The translations under genes and the position numbers were made by a program. A stretch of DNA of 64,000 bases from a virus, in the IMG/VR virus record IMGVR_UViG_3300031772_000007, positions 29,826-93,825 of that record; one strand, written 5' to 3'. Shown here piece after piece: positions 45,067-53,283 of this stretch (positions within the stretch are counted from its first letter, which is position 1; every line of letters starts with the position of its first letter). A model generated the notes under the pieces. The model searched no databases, was not told where the DNA came from, and saw only the letters and a list, made by a program, of their open reading frames with translations.

Positions 45067-45362
45067 GATTTCTTCTCCCCGTAGAGGAGCTTCGGAAAGA
45101 GCGCGGTGTGGAACGCTCGGTTCATCAGATTCTTCTGCACCAGCGTCCTGGCCTCGTCGCTCAGATCCCAGATGCTCCCGCCCTTCAACCGCCGCGCCGC
45201 GTCGTTGACCATCCAGTCCTTGCACCGCCGACACGTCACCTTCGCCGGGTTCTGCGTGATCTGGATGCCCTTCGCCTTCGCCCCGGGCGAGCAGACGATG
45301 TACCGGCAGGGCTCCCCGGGGTAACTGGCAGTGTCGGCCCGAAGGTGAACGATGCGCGGCAT
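45063..45362 (-). CDS. Small Zn-binding protein with tag (DAARRLKG)
   Basis: VTCRRC followed by motif. Confidence 0.6.
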   Translation of the reverse strand: MPRIVHLRADTASYPGEPCRYIVCSPGAKAKGIQITQNPAKVTCRRCKDWMVNDAARRLKGGSIWDLSDEARTLVQKNLMNRAFHTALFPKLLYGEKKS

Positions 45363-45610
45363 CACACCAGCCCGGCGAGCTTTGCCGCCTCTGGCGACGC
45401 CTTCTTGAAGTACGCAATCACGCTCGCCCACTCCACCCAGCGCCCCTTGCTCAAGCGGACTTCGTGGATGAGCTTCGCATCCGCCCAGTTGTAGAGGCAC
45501 TGCGTCGTGTAGCCCAGCCGTTCCGCTGCCTCCGTCACCGGCAGGTAACCCCGCGATCTGAGCTGCGCCTTAGCGCCTGACTCCGTCACTTCCTCTTGTT
45601 CCTTCTTCAT
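45362..45610 (-). CDS. Xis/MerR-like HTH DNA-binding protein
   Basis: YLPVTEAAERLGYTTQCLYNW. Confidence 0.75.
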   Translation of the reverse strand: MKKEQEEVTESGAKAQLRSRGYLPVTEAAERLGYTTQCLYNWADAKLIHEVRLSKGRWVEWASVIAYFKKASPEAAKLAGLV

Positions 45611-46257
45611 GGCTCCTCCGCCCCCCCGCCCAACAGCCTCAACAGCCCGTCCGAAAGCGGGTTGCCCTTCCCCGCCGCCCGCTTCAACCCCTTCTTCGCC
45701 CGCTGGTACTCCTCCCGGCTCGTGAACTCGATCTCCAACACGTAGGGTTTGGTGTCCCCGCTGTCCTCAACGTCGTAGTCCGCCGGGGGTGCCTCCATGT
45801 CCTTCGGGAGCGCCGCATCCACGCTCTGACTGACGCTGGCGAGCAGGTCCGTGACCTCCCCCACATTGAACCCGGTGATGGTCAAATCCTCCACCTGCCA
45901 GCCCTGCCCGACCAAGTCCTTCAGTGCTCGGCCCACGCTCGTCAGGTCCAGCTCTCCGCGGAGCCGGTTCATCCCGATTCGGATGGCGATGGCGTGCGCC
46001 TCCTCCACGTCGGCGACGATGACCGCGGGTACCTCGACCATCCCCACCTCGCGCGCCGCCTTCACCCGATGGTGCCCGTCCACGATGCGGTACTCCCCCG
46101 GGGTGCCGAGCGGGTACGCCAGCACCGGCTGGAGGAAGCCCTCTTTGCGGATCGCCTCGACCAGCAATCCGTACCGTTCGGGCTCCATGACGTTCGGGTT
46201 CTCCGGTGCCTCCTTTAAGGCGTCGATGGGCACGTTGGCGATGGTGACTTTCCTCAC
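45607..46257 (-). CDS. ParB/Srx-domain protein
   Basis: NPN, GFLQPVL, YRIVDGHHRV. Confidence 0.85.
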   Translation of the reverse strand: MRKVTIANVPIDALKEAPENPNVMEPERYGLLVEAIRKEGFLQPVLAYPLGTPGEYRIVDGHHRVKAAREVGMVEVPAVIVADVEEAHAIAIRIGMNRLRGELDLTSVGRALKDLVGQGWQVEDLTITGFNVGEVTDLLASVSQSVDAALPKDMEAPPADYDVEDSGDTKPYVLEIEFTSREEYQRAKKGLKRAAGKGNPLSDGLLRLLGGGAEEP

Positions 46258-46805
46258 GTCCGTATCTCCTCGTAGAGCGAGCGGAGCACCGGGCTCCGCT
46301 TCGCGTTGCGCCGCAGGTTCTTCGCCGCGTGGTACACCTGCTCCACCGGCACGCCCTCTATCCGCGCGACCTCCGCGGGCTGGAGCCCATCAAGGCTGAC
46401 TCGAATGCCGAGCTTCTTCCGGCTCGTGTCGCAGGCGCGGAAGGCGGCTCGCGCCCGGGTGCGGATCTCCGCGTCTGCCAGAACATCCACCGGCAAACCC
46501 TCCAACACCTCGCCCCCGGTCATCTCCAACGGGACCGCGAAGGTGAGCTGTCCCCCGTGGTACGGCTGTGGGGTTGAGACGGGGTTCTGCGTTCGCCAAG
46601 TGTACCGCCGGAGGGCGTACAGCGCCGCGCAGTAGGCGTAGGTCCAGAAGCTGGTCCCGCGCTTCCGTTGGTACGTCGCCCTGGCTCGGAGGACGGCCAG
46701 CGCCGCCTCCTGTACCAGCTCCGCCGGTTCCGACCACCGGAGGGCTCGGACGTAGTACGACGCCGCCGCCTGAGCTATCTGTTGTATTTCTTCTAGCCCT
46801 TGCAT
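46254..46805 (-). CDS. Phage sigma70-family sigma factor
   Basis: Region 2 ELVQEAALAVL...GTSFWTYA; region 4 GLQPAEVARIEGVPVEQVY. Confidence 0.8.
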   Translation of the reverse strand: MQGLEEIQQIAQAAASYYVRALRWSEPAELVQEAALAVLRARATYQRKRGTSFWTYAYCAALYALRRYTWRTQNPVSTPQPYHGGQLTFAVPLEMTGGEVLEGLPVDVLADAEIRTRARAAFRACDTSRKKLGIRVSLDGLQPAEVARIEGVPVEQVYHAAKNLRRNAKRSPVLRSLYEEIRT

Positions 46806-46815
46806 TCTGTGGACT

Positions 46816-46844
46816 CCTATACTCTGTTGGCTTCGTTGTGTCTA
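46816..46844 (-). promoter_or_regulatory. Host sigma70-like promoter for the sigma gene
   Basis: TAGACA-17 bp-TATAGG. Confidence 0.5.
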
Positions 46845-47321
46845 CGGGGCTCCCAACCGCTTCGCGGCGAGCAGCGCCTTCCGTGCTGCCGTGTCGTGCT
46901 TCCCCCGCCGCAGCAGGTTCGAGTACGGCCCTATCTCAGCGACCCAGTCCGGCACCCGTGTCTCCTGGAGCACCCCGTCCTTGCTGTAGCGCGTTCGGAT
47001 GGCGACGCACGCCTCCGCGCACGCCTGCGTGAACACGTCCGTCTGATACCCCGCGCCCAAGCGAATCCATCCTCGCGCCTCCCACCGCCGGAAGCGGATC
47101 GCCCGCCGCTGGTACGCCGTGAGCCGCCTGCCGGTCCCTTCTTCCTTCTTTGGCTCCGCCTTGGCGATGGACGGGTACACCTCGTCCACTGTCCGCTTCA
47201 GCCGGGAGACTCCCAGGAGCACCGCCCGCCGCGCGTTGCGGCGAGAGATGCGACCCTGTTCGGGATTGAGACGGCGGACGGCTCGGGTGATGCCCTTCAA
47301 CGCCTGCTCCAACGGTGTCAT
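46842..47321 (-). CDS. Basic hypothetical protein (tag variants RAVRRLNP, AAKRLGA)
   Basis: CTCCCAAGGAG RBS element. Confidence 0.6.
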   Translation of the reverse strand: MTPLEQALKGITRAVRRLNPEQGRISRRNARRAVLLGVSRLKRTVDEVYPSIAKAEPKKEEGTGRRLTAYQRRAIRFRRWEARGWIRLGAGYQTDVFTQACAEACVAIRTRYSKDGVLQETRVPDWVAEIGPYSNLLRRGKHDTAARKALLAAKRLGAP

Positions 47322-47389
47322 GCCTTCCTCCTTGGGAGTTGTAGCACTCCATCGGAGCCCCGGTTCCCCCGGGGCTCCTGTGCAGCGCC

Positions 47390-47647
47390 TCAACCGTCCT
47401 TTTTCTCCTCCATCTCCGCCTTGCGGAGCCGACTCGCCCAGATCCGCAGCTTCCGAGCCTGCGCTACCAGCTCGATGTGTGCCTGATGCTCCGTCCAGTT
47501 CTCCTTCCGGGTCGCTCCGCAGCAGCCGCACTTGCTCTCCCGGATGTCCATCTCCGCGGCGACCTCCTCGATGATGGTCGCCGCCTTCACCAGCCGGAGC
47601 GCCGCCCGAGGCTTCTTCGGTGCCGGAACTTCCACCAGCGCGCTCAC
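47390..47647 (-). CDS. Hypothetical protein (CGCC)
   Basis: Coupled ORF. Confidence 0.55.
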   Translation of the reverse strand: MSALVEVPAPKKPRAALRLVKAATIIEEVAAEMDIRESKCGCCGATRKENWTEHQAHIELVAQARKLRIWASRLRKAEMEEKKDG

Positions 47648-48549
47648 GCCGCCTCCACGCTGTGCGCGATGAGCGCCGCCGCTGCCAGGTTCGCTCGGAG
47701 CCCTTCCAGCCGGGACCGAAGCTCATCGAGGCTCACCCCAGCCAGCCGCTCGTAGACCTCCAGCTTCTCCGCCATCGCCTCGCACTTGCCCACGCGCGTC
47801 TTGATGGCTCGTCCGCCGAGCGAGGCAACCGCCGCCTCCTTCAGCTCCTCCTCCATCCCGGCCATCTGCTGTGCCGCCTCGCGTGAGAGGCTGTCCAGGA
47901 TGGCACCGATGGCCTCGGTGGACCGCAGCGCCGGAATCTCTGCCACGTAGGTAGCCGATGCCGTCTTGAGCGCGGCGACCAGCTTCCTCCAGAGGGGCAA
48001 CGTCTCCCGCGGGACGAAGTAGACACCCCCGGTGTCCCGGAGCGGGACCGCGCTGACCCCGCGGACCATCGCCGAGAGCCAGCTCGCCGTGTCCTCGGCG
48101 GTCAGCTTGGTGAGGTTCAGTTGGTAGTCCGCCACCACCTTGTTGAACTCCGCCAGCGCCGTGTTGCTGCACTCCAGGGTGGGTTCCGCCTGTCCCTCCA
48201 CGCTCACCAGCCGCGTGGTGAAGCGCACCCGGTACCGCAGGGGAGTGCCCTCGCTGGCCTCCTGCTCCGTGGCTTCGTACTCGTCCACCAGCGCGAAGCC
48301 CGCCCGTCGGCCCGGCAGGGTACGCAGCAAGGTCCGCTTGCTCACGTGTTCACGCATCGCCCGCTGCAACGCCTCCTGCGGGCTCGGGAGGTCGGGGAGC
48401 AGCTTCTCCTCCACCCCCTGCGCCACGAAGGCTGCCTTCAGATGCCCGTAGTTCGTCTCCCCCGACAGCCGCCACAGGACGATTGCGCCCGCGGTGTCCG
48501 GGGTGAGGTCGCTGATCGCTACCACGTCCGCCGTCTTGTCCAGTGTCAT
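47644..48549 (-). CDS. Hypothetical protein co-located with the AAA/vWA pair
   Basis: GGVYFVP motif; helical C-terminus. Confidence 0.65.
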   Translation of the reverse strand: MTLDKTADVVAISDLTPDTAGAIVLWRLSGETNYGHLKAAFVAQGVEEKLLPDLPSPQEALQRAMREHVSKRTLLRTLPGRRAGFALVDEYEATEQEASEGTPLRYRVRFTTRLVSVEGQAEPTLECSNTALAEFNKVVADYQLNLTKLTAEDTASWLSAMVRGVSAVPLRDTGGVYFVPRETLPLWRKLVAALKTASATYVAEIPALRSTEAIGAILDSLSREAAQQMAGMEEELKEAAVASLGGRAIKTRVGKCEAMAEKLEVYERLAGVSLDELRSRLEGLRANLAAAALIAHSVEAA

Positions 48550-48622
48550 GTGCTTCTCCTTGGGAGCCTGAGTGCTCCATCGAGGAGCTGATCCTCAGAG
48601 GATCAGCCCCTCTGTGCAGCCG

Positions 48623-50053
48623 TCAGGCAACGCGCTTCCGTTGGTACTCCTCCGGCTCTGAGTCGATGGTGACGACCTCGCCCCAAATCGCCGGTCGCTC
48701 GTTCCGGTACCGCCCGCACACCACCCAGATGACGTTCATGTAGGCGGGTGCCGGTCCCGGGTCGCCGATCTGGCCGTCCGTCACCACCACCACCACCTCG
48801 GGTCGTCGCGGGAGCTTCTGAACCGCTGCGAAGGCGGGTCGCATGTCCGTTCCGCCTCCGCCCTTCAGCGCCTTCACCGCGTCCGCGATGTTCTGAATCT
48901 TGCGGATCTCGTGAACGTCGGCGTCGCAGGCCAGCAGGTCAACCTGCGCCCCTACCGCGGCGAGGATGCCCTTCGTCTCCTCCAAGGCGACCTTCAGCTC
49001 CTTGTCACCCATGCTGCCGGAGGTGTCGATGATGACCGCCACCGAGGGAACCGGCATTCGGAGCGCCGGGAACACCGGGCTGCCGCTGCCGTATCCGAAC
49101 GCGCTCTGTCGCCGGGAAGGTCGGTCGTAGCGGTAGTCGCCCGCGCCCGGTCGGTAGGCGACAGCGCGCCTGCACAGCCGAGCCAGCTTCTGCCGCCAGG
49201 GGATCTTCGATGGGCCAAGCACCTCCTCGGCCCACCGCACCAACCCCGCGGGCACGGTACCGCGCCCCTTCTCCGCGTGCCTACGAACCGACTCGGCGAC
49301 CTCCCGCTGCATCCGCTTCTGCTCGGTCGGGCTCTTACCGAGGTGCGTCGGGATGGTGGCTTCCACCGGGTCCGGCTCGGAACCGCTACCCGAGCCGCAC
49401 CCCTTCTTCCCGGCTTGTCCCATCACGATCTCGATGTCCCCCGAGCCGTGCCCTTGGCCTTGGCCTTGTCCCTGCCCTTGGCCTTGGCCTTGCCCCCGCC
49501 CTTGGCCTTGCCCCTGCCCGCGTCCCTTCTTGCCACCCCCGGCACCCTTGCCCTTGATGGCGACGCCGATCTTCATCACCTTGGCGTGCTTGCGGAGGTG
49601 CGCGTAGTATTCCTCGCAGAGCTTGCCGTCGTCGCACCCGATGCGCTCCGGAGTGACGCCGGACACCGCGTTCTTCCCGGTGTCCGGGTCCACCTCCTCC
49701 AACAGAGGGAACTTCGCGTTCGCGGCAACGAGGTCATCGTTGATCTCCGCGTCGCCCGCGAGGTTCCAGAGCTGATGCTCCGCGGCGCACTGCTTCCGGC
49801 GACCAGCATGGTCCCGGAGCCAGTGCCCTGCCTCGTGCAAGAGGACCCAGGCCAACTGCTCCACCGTCCACTTCTGCGCCAGCTCTGGATCCCAGATGAG
49901 CACCGCCCGGTCGGTGACGCCGAGCGTACCGAACCCCGGCACAGGGTAGGGGACCAACCCCATCACCGCCGAGCTGAAGTACGGCATGAGCTGCGTGGAC
50001 TTGATGCGCCCCGCCGCGAACCAGTCCTGCGGGGTCTTGAGCTGCACGTTCAT
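48623..50053 (-). CDS. HExxH metallopeptidase plus vWA domain protein (DUF2201-like)
   Basis: LLHEAGH, DAEIND, DTSGSM, GGGGTD, VTDG; (GQ)n linker. Confidence 0.88.
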   Translation of the reverse strand: MNVQLKTPQDWFAAGRIKSTQLMPYFSSAVMGLVPYPVPGFGTLGVTDRAVLIWDPELAQKWTVEQLAWVLLHEAGHWLRDHAGRRKQCAAEHQLWNLAGDAEINDDLVAANAKFPLLEEVDPDTGKNAVSGVTPERIGCDDGKLCEEYYAHLRKHAKVMKIGVAIKGKGAGGGKKGRGQGQGQGRGQGQGQGQGQGQGQGHGSGDIEIVMGQAGKKGCGSGSGSEPDPVEATIPTHLGKSPTEQKRMQREVAESVRRHAEKGRGTVPAGLVRWAEEVLGPSKIPWRQKLARLCRRAVAYRPGAGDYRYDRPSRRQSAFGYGSGSPVFPALRMPVPSVAVIIDTSGSMGDKELKVALEETKGILAAVGAQVDLLACDADVHEIRKIQNIADAVKALKGGGGTDMRPAFAAVQKLPRRPEVVVVVTDGQIGDPGPAPAYMNVIWVVCGRYRNERPAIWGEVVTIDSEPEEYQRKRVA

Positions 50054-51211
50054 CTATCTCTCCTTTGGGGCAACAAACCCAGCCGCGGTCAGGATAGGTT
50101 GAAGCTGTCCCAGCGCGGAGTAGGCGTCCTTGCCCGAGATGAACCCGCGCTGCGCCAGCACCATCGCTGCCTGCACCGTCACGTCCGCCGCATCCTTGCT
50201 GACCTCGGCGATGATCCTCCAGAGCACGTCGGACCGCTCCTTGCGCTTCGGAGCCTTGTCTGGAGCGATGATCGCCGCACAGGAGGAGAGGACCGCAGTG
50301 GTCCGGTCCAGCCGTTGCGGGTCGTGCTTGAACTTCACCTTCTCGTCCAGCACGTCAGTAGGGTCCGGGAGGTCGGACTTCTGTTGGTACTCCAACAGCT
50401 CCGCCGCAGGTCCGATGCCGATGAAAGCCGCCATCAGCTCCTCGCGGTCTGCGTCCTCCAGCCCGTGGACCTCGGCTCCGGCCATAGCGCGGACTTCCAT
50501 CTCCCAGGTGCGAGGGGACGGCCACGCCCTGCTCGCCTCGGGGCTGCCCATCGGCGGCATCTTGTGGAGGAGTCCCGGCTTCGCCTTGAGGAAGCCTGCC
50601 ACGAGCCCCTTCGCCTTGGCGAACGGCTCGTCGAACGCCTTGAGAACGCGCGCCTCGATGTCCGCCGCCTTCTCCGGCTTCTCCTCGTCGGCGATTCCAC
50701 CGAGCAGCCAGTTGGCCCACTCGCCCACGCCCGGAGGATCCCACGGCATGTGACCAAAGCGGTTCGCCAGCGGGGGGGTCAAGTCCCAGCCGCCCGCTGC
50801 CTCCTCCTGCCGGTTCATCATGGCGATGATGCGGACGGTCGGCGGCATCAGGTACTCACCCACCGCTCCGTCAGTGGCGAGGCGGAGCAGCGCCGCCTGC
50901 ATCGCCGGGACGTTCGTGTTCAGCTCGTCCAACACCACCAACCCGTGCTTCTTCTCGCCCAGCGTGATCGCCCACGCCGCGGGCACCAGCCGGAAGCGGT
51001 CGTCTTCCAACCGCGCCAGCCCACCCACGTCCGTCGGCTCACGGATACTGCCGATGATGACTTCGGAGGCGAGCCCGAGCTGCTTCGCAACCGTCTCCAC
51101 CCGCTGCGTCTTGCCGGTGCCCGGAGGTCCGATGAAGATGAGCGGAAGTCCCCACCTGCCCTTGCAGCCGGGGGTGAACAACACTGCGCGCATGATCGAA
51201 TTGAAGTTCAT
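50054..51211 (-). CDS. MoxR-like AAA+ ATPase
   Basis: GPPGTGKT, LDELN, PPLANRF, PSPRTWE. Confidence 0.9.
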   Translation of the reverse strand: MNFNSIMRAVLFTPGCKGRWGLPLIFIGPPGTGKTQRVETVAKQLGLASEVIIGSIREPTDVGGLARLEDDRFRLVPAAWAITLGEKKHGLVVLDELNTNVPAMQAALLRLATDGAVGEYLMPPTVRIIAMMNRQEEAAGGWDLTPPLANRFGHMPWDPPGVGEWANWLLGGIADEEKPEKAADIEARVLKAFDEPFAKAKGLVAGFLKAKPGLLHKMPPMGSPEASRAWPSPRTWEMEVRAMAGAEVHGLEDADREELMAAFIGIGPAAELLEYQQKSDLPDPTDVLDEKVKFKHDPQRLDRTTAVLSSCAAIIAPDKAPKRKERSDVLWRIIAEVSKDAADVTVQAAMVLAQRGFISGKDAYSALGQLQPILTAAGFVAPKER

Positions 51212-51307
51212 TTTCAGCCTCTTGGACTGCGTTGGTTGAACTGCCCTTCGGTGCTCCAGTGCCGAGGCGAGTGGATGCTCGCCCCTTCCTGCAACCACGA
51301 AGGTGCT

Positions 51308-51505
51308 TCAGCTCACGTCGAAGTGCTTGCAGGCGGTCGCGAGCAGGTTGTCGTAGTCGCCCGCGGTCATCTGCCCGATGACCTCCTTTATCTTCTCCGG
51401 GGTCCAGCCCGCCTTCTCCGCTGCCCGGCGGCATCGCCCCAAGATGGCGAAAGCGTTTCCGTCGTTCCCTACCAGGACCACCTTCGGCTTCTTCTCGCTC
51501 GGCAT
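51308..51505 (-). CDS. Small early phage protein (DGNAF motif)
   Basis: GNDGNAFAILG...GDYDNLL. Confidence 0.7.
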   Translation of the reverse strand: MPSEKKPKVVLVGNDGNAFAILGRCRRAAEKAGWTPEKIKEVIGQMTAGDYDNLLATACKHFDVS

Positions 51506-51597
51506 GATCGTTCTCCTTGGGAGCTTCATTGCTCCCGTGAGGCTCCGAACTTCCTCGGGGCTCCACGGGAGCAGGCGGCTCGCGCCGCCGGTCCCAA

Positions 51598-51855
51598 CTA
51601 CTCCGCGATAGCGTCGTACAGCTCCCGGACTTCCTTCAGTACCGTGTCCACCGCCTTCAGCCGCGCAACATGCTCCCGCTGCGCCGCGTAGATCGCTGTG
51701 TCTCCCTGCGGGTAGTAGTCACGCCCGTTCGGTGCTGCCTCCATCAGCGCCGTGAGTGCTGCCTGGAGCGCGTGCCCGGCTTCCTCGTACTGCCGCTCCA
51801 ACTCCCCGCGGCTGGTCCCGTTCAGGTGGATGGTTGGCTTCGTCAGCGTCGTCAT
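51598..51855 (-). CDS. Early hypothetical protein
   Basis: GGAGGAG RBS; PTIHLNGT...PNGRDYY. Confidence 0.65.
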   Translation of the reverse strand: MTTLTKPTIHLNGTSRGELERQYEEAGHALQAALTALMEAAPNGRDYYPQGDTAIYAAQREHVARLKAVDTVLKEVRELYDAIAE

Positions 51856-51869
51856 GGTTGCTCCTCCGG

Positions 51870-52097
51870 TTACTTCGCGCTCCAGTCGATGTAGCACTCG
51901 TCCGTCTGCTCTCCGCAGCTCGTGCAGCAGTACGTCGGCTCCCGCTCGTCTCCGTTGCTGTCGTGAGGTCCCATCGAGCCGCACTCGGGACAGCGGAAGA
52001 TCCCACGGTCCCGGTTGGACAACTGAATCGCGAGCCGCTTGATGCCTGCGTGGTCGCCTTTGATGAGCATCTGCATTGCCATCTGGTCTGCCGTCAT
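51870..52097 (-). CDS. Early Zn-ribbon protein
   Basis: CPEC...CTSC. Confidence 0.6.
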   Translation of the reverse strand: MTADQMAMQMLIKGDHAGIKRLAIQLSNRDRGIFRCPECGSMGPHDSNGDEREPTYCCTSCGEQTDECYIDWSAK

Positions 52098-52100
52098 GGG

Positions 52101-52313
52101 TCACGCTCCCTTCGGAAGAATGAAACCGCCCTCAATCTCACAGGCCAGCGCCACCGCCGCGTGCTCCCGGCAGGTGTCCACGTACCCCTCGTACCCCTCC
52201 GCGGCGTAGGGGTGGGCAACCCCACAGCAGTCGCCGATGCCGCACTCGCCCTCGTCCACCGAAGAGAGCCGGACGACTTTCAGAGTGGCTGGATCAACAT
52301 GCTTGCTCGACAT
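52101..52313 (-). CDS. Early Cys-rich hypothetical protein
   Basis: AAGGAG RBS. Confidence 0.6.
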   Translation of the reverse strand: MSSKHVDPATLKVVRLSSVDEGECGIGDCCGVAHPYAAEGYEGYVDTCREHAAVALACEIEGGFILPKGA

Positions 52314-52409
52314 GGTTTGTCTCCTTGGGAGCGTGATCGCTCCGACGGACCCCCGGTTCCCCGGGAGCCCGTCGGAACGGGCGAGCCGCGCTCGCCGTTC
52401 CTTCCTGCT

Positions 52410-52619
52410 TCACCACGGGTACTTCGTGGACAGGTCCGATTCGTAGACGTACACCTTGGTGCCCGACTTCTTGACGAGGTAGCGCGTCTCGCTGCCCCGC
52501 TCCGAGTAAGACTCGATGATCGTCACCTCGTCACCGATGCAGATTTCACCCCAGGCCACTCCGCCCGGGATGGCTCGCGTGAGGTACAGCGTTTGCCCGT
52601 CCACGTAGGTCGCTTTCAT
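52410..52619 (-). CDS. Early hypothetical protein
   Basis: ATGA coupling; GGAGG RBS. Confidence 0.55.
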   Translation of the reverse strand: MKATYVDGQTLYLTRAIPGGVAWGEICIGDEVTIIESYSERGSETRYLVKKSGTKVYVYESDLSTKYPW

Positions 52620-52801
52620 GCTGCCTCCGTGTACCGGCAGGTACCGCCGAAGACACTCCAGGTTGCCGCGACGACGCCGCTGTTGCTCGCCAGCACCGCG
52701 AACTCGAAGCCCCTGCTCTTGCCGTAAGCAAGCGCCGCTTCGACCGTGCTGAAGTCCGTGTCCGCGAAGTAGTTGAAGTTGGTGTAGTGGATTCGGTACA
52801 T
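52616..52801 (-). CDS. First early hypothetical protein
   Basis: AAGGAG RBS. Confidence 0.6.
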   Translation of the reverse strand: MYRIHYTNFNYFADTDFSTVEAALAYGKSRGFEFAVLASNSGVVAATWSVFGGTCRYTEAA

Positions 52802-53049
52802 GGTGCTTCTCCTTGGGAGCTTTTCGCTCCGTGGTTTTGGGTGTTGCACTCCTCGGCGCGGCGGAGCGATCCGCCGCACTGAGGGATGGGCAACGTCGTT
52901 GCTCCGTTCGTTGCCGTCCCCGTCTCAACCCCAAGAATCCTTCCGACCCTTGACGCCGTTCGCGGTCACCTCTGGACTCGCGCCAGCGGGAGGGAATCAC
53001 CCTCCTTCGGGCTCAATTGGGTATTCGGTTTTCAGTCCTGCCCTACTAC

Positions 53050-53172
53050 ACCACCATTATGCGCCTTCTGGAAAAAGAAACCAACAAATTAAAGAAAAAA
53101 AAGAGGGGCAAAAAGGGCAAATGGGGCAAGGAGTTACAGAGAATCGCCCGAGCAGGTGCTTTTTTTTTCTCT
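53050..53172 (-). promoter_or_regulatory. AT-rich early promoter region
   Basis: TTGGTT-17 bp-CATAAT with A/T tracts; the most AT-rich stretch in the window. Confidence 0.6.
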
Positions 53173-53235
53173 TGGGGCTCCGTTCCTGCCGTTCCTGAAT
53201 CCTGTGGGGAGCGTATAGGTACGCCTCCTCTGGAC

Positions 53236-53265
53236 GGGCCAATCGGCAGCCCTCGGGGTAAGGTT
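53236..53265 (+). promoter_or_regulatory. Putative phage-sigma promoter for the resolvase
   Basis: GGGCCAATCG-N10-GGGTAAGGTT. Confidence 0.5.
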
Positions 53266-53283
53266 CTCCGCGGGAGGCTGCAC

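Larger units (their letters stand above)
47328..52870 (-). promoter_or_regulatory. Six intergenic hairpins followed by CTCCCAAGGAG (at about 47328, 48556, 51213, 51512, 52320, 52808)
   Basis: Long stems ending GGAGY then a shared RBS word; the 51213 copy has a variant word. Confidence 0.6.

Noticed and set aside
45362-45610. EAAERLGY counted as a tag copy
   Set aside because: It is the ordinary first helix of an Xis-type HTH. It was excluded from the strict count, though the resemblance may hint at the tag's origin.
49445-49520. 6-bp tandem repeats as a CRISPR array or regulatory VNTR
   Set aside because: They encode the (GQ)n linker of the vWA protein; there are no spacers.
48911-51691. 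Long plus-strand ORFs (926 aa here; also 2569-4254, 39717-41357, 42996-44501, 55998-57800, 61138-62760)
   Set aside because: Antisense shadows of well-supported minus-strand genes in high-GC DNA; no recognisable motifs.
53017-53283. N-terminal extension of the resolvase ORF given in the ORF track
   Set aside because: It runs through the AT-rich promoter region; the RBS and promoter motif support the ATG at 53284.
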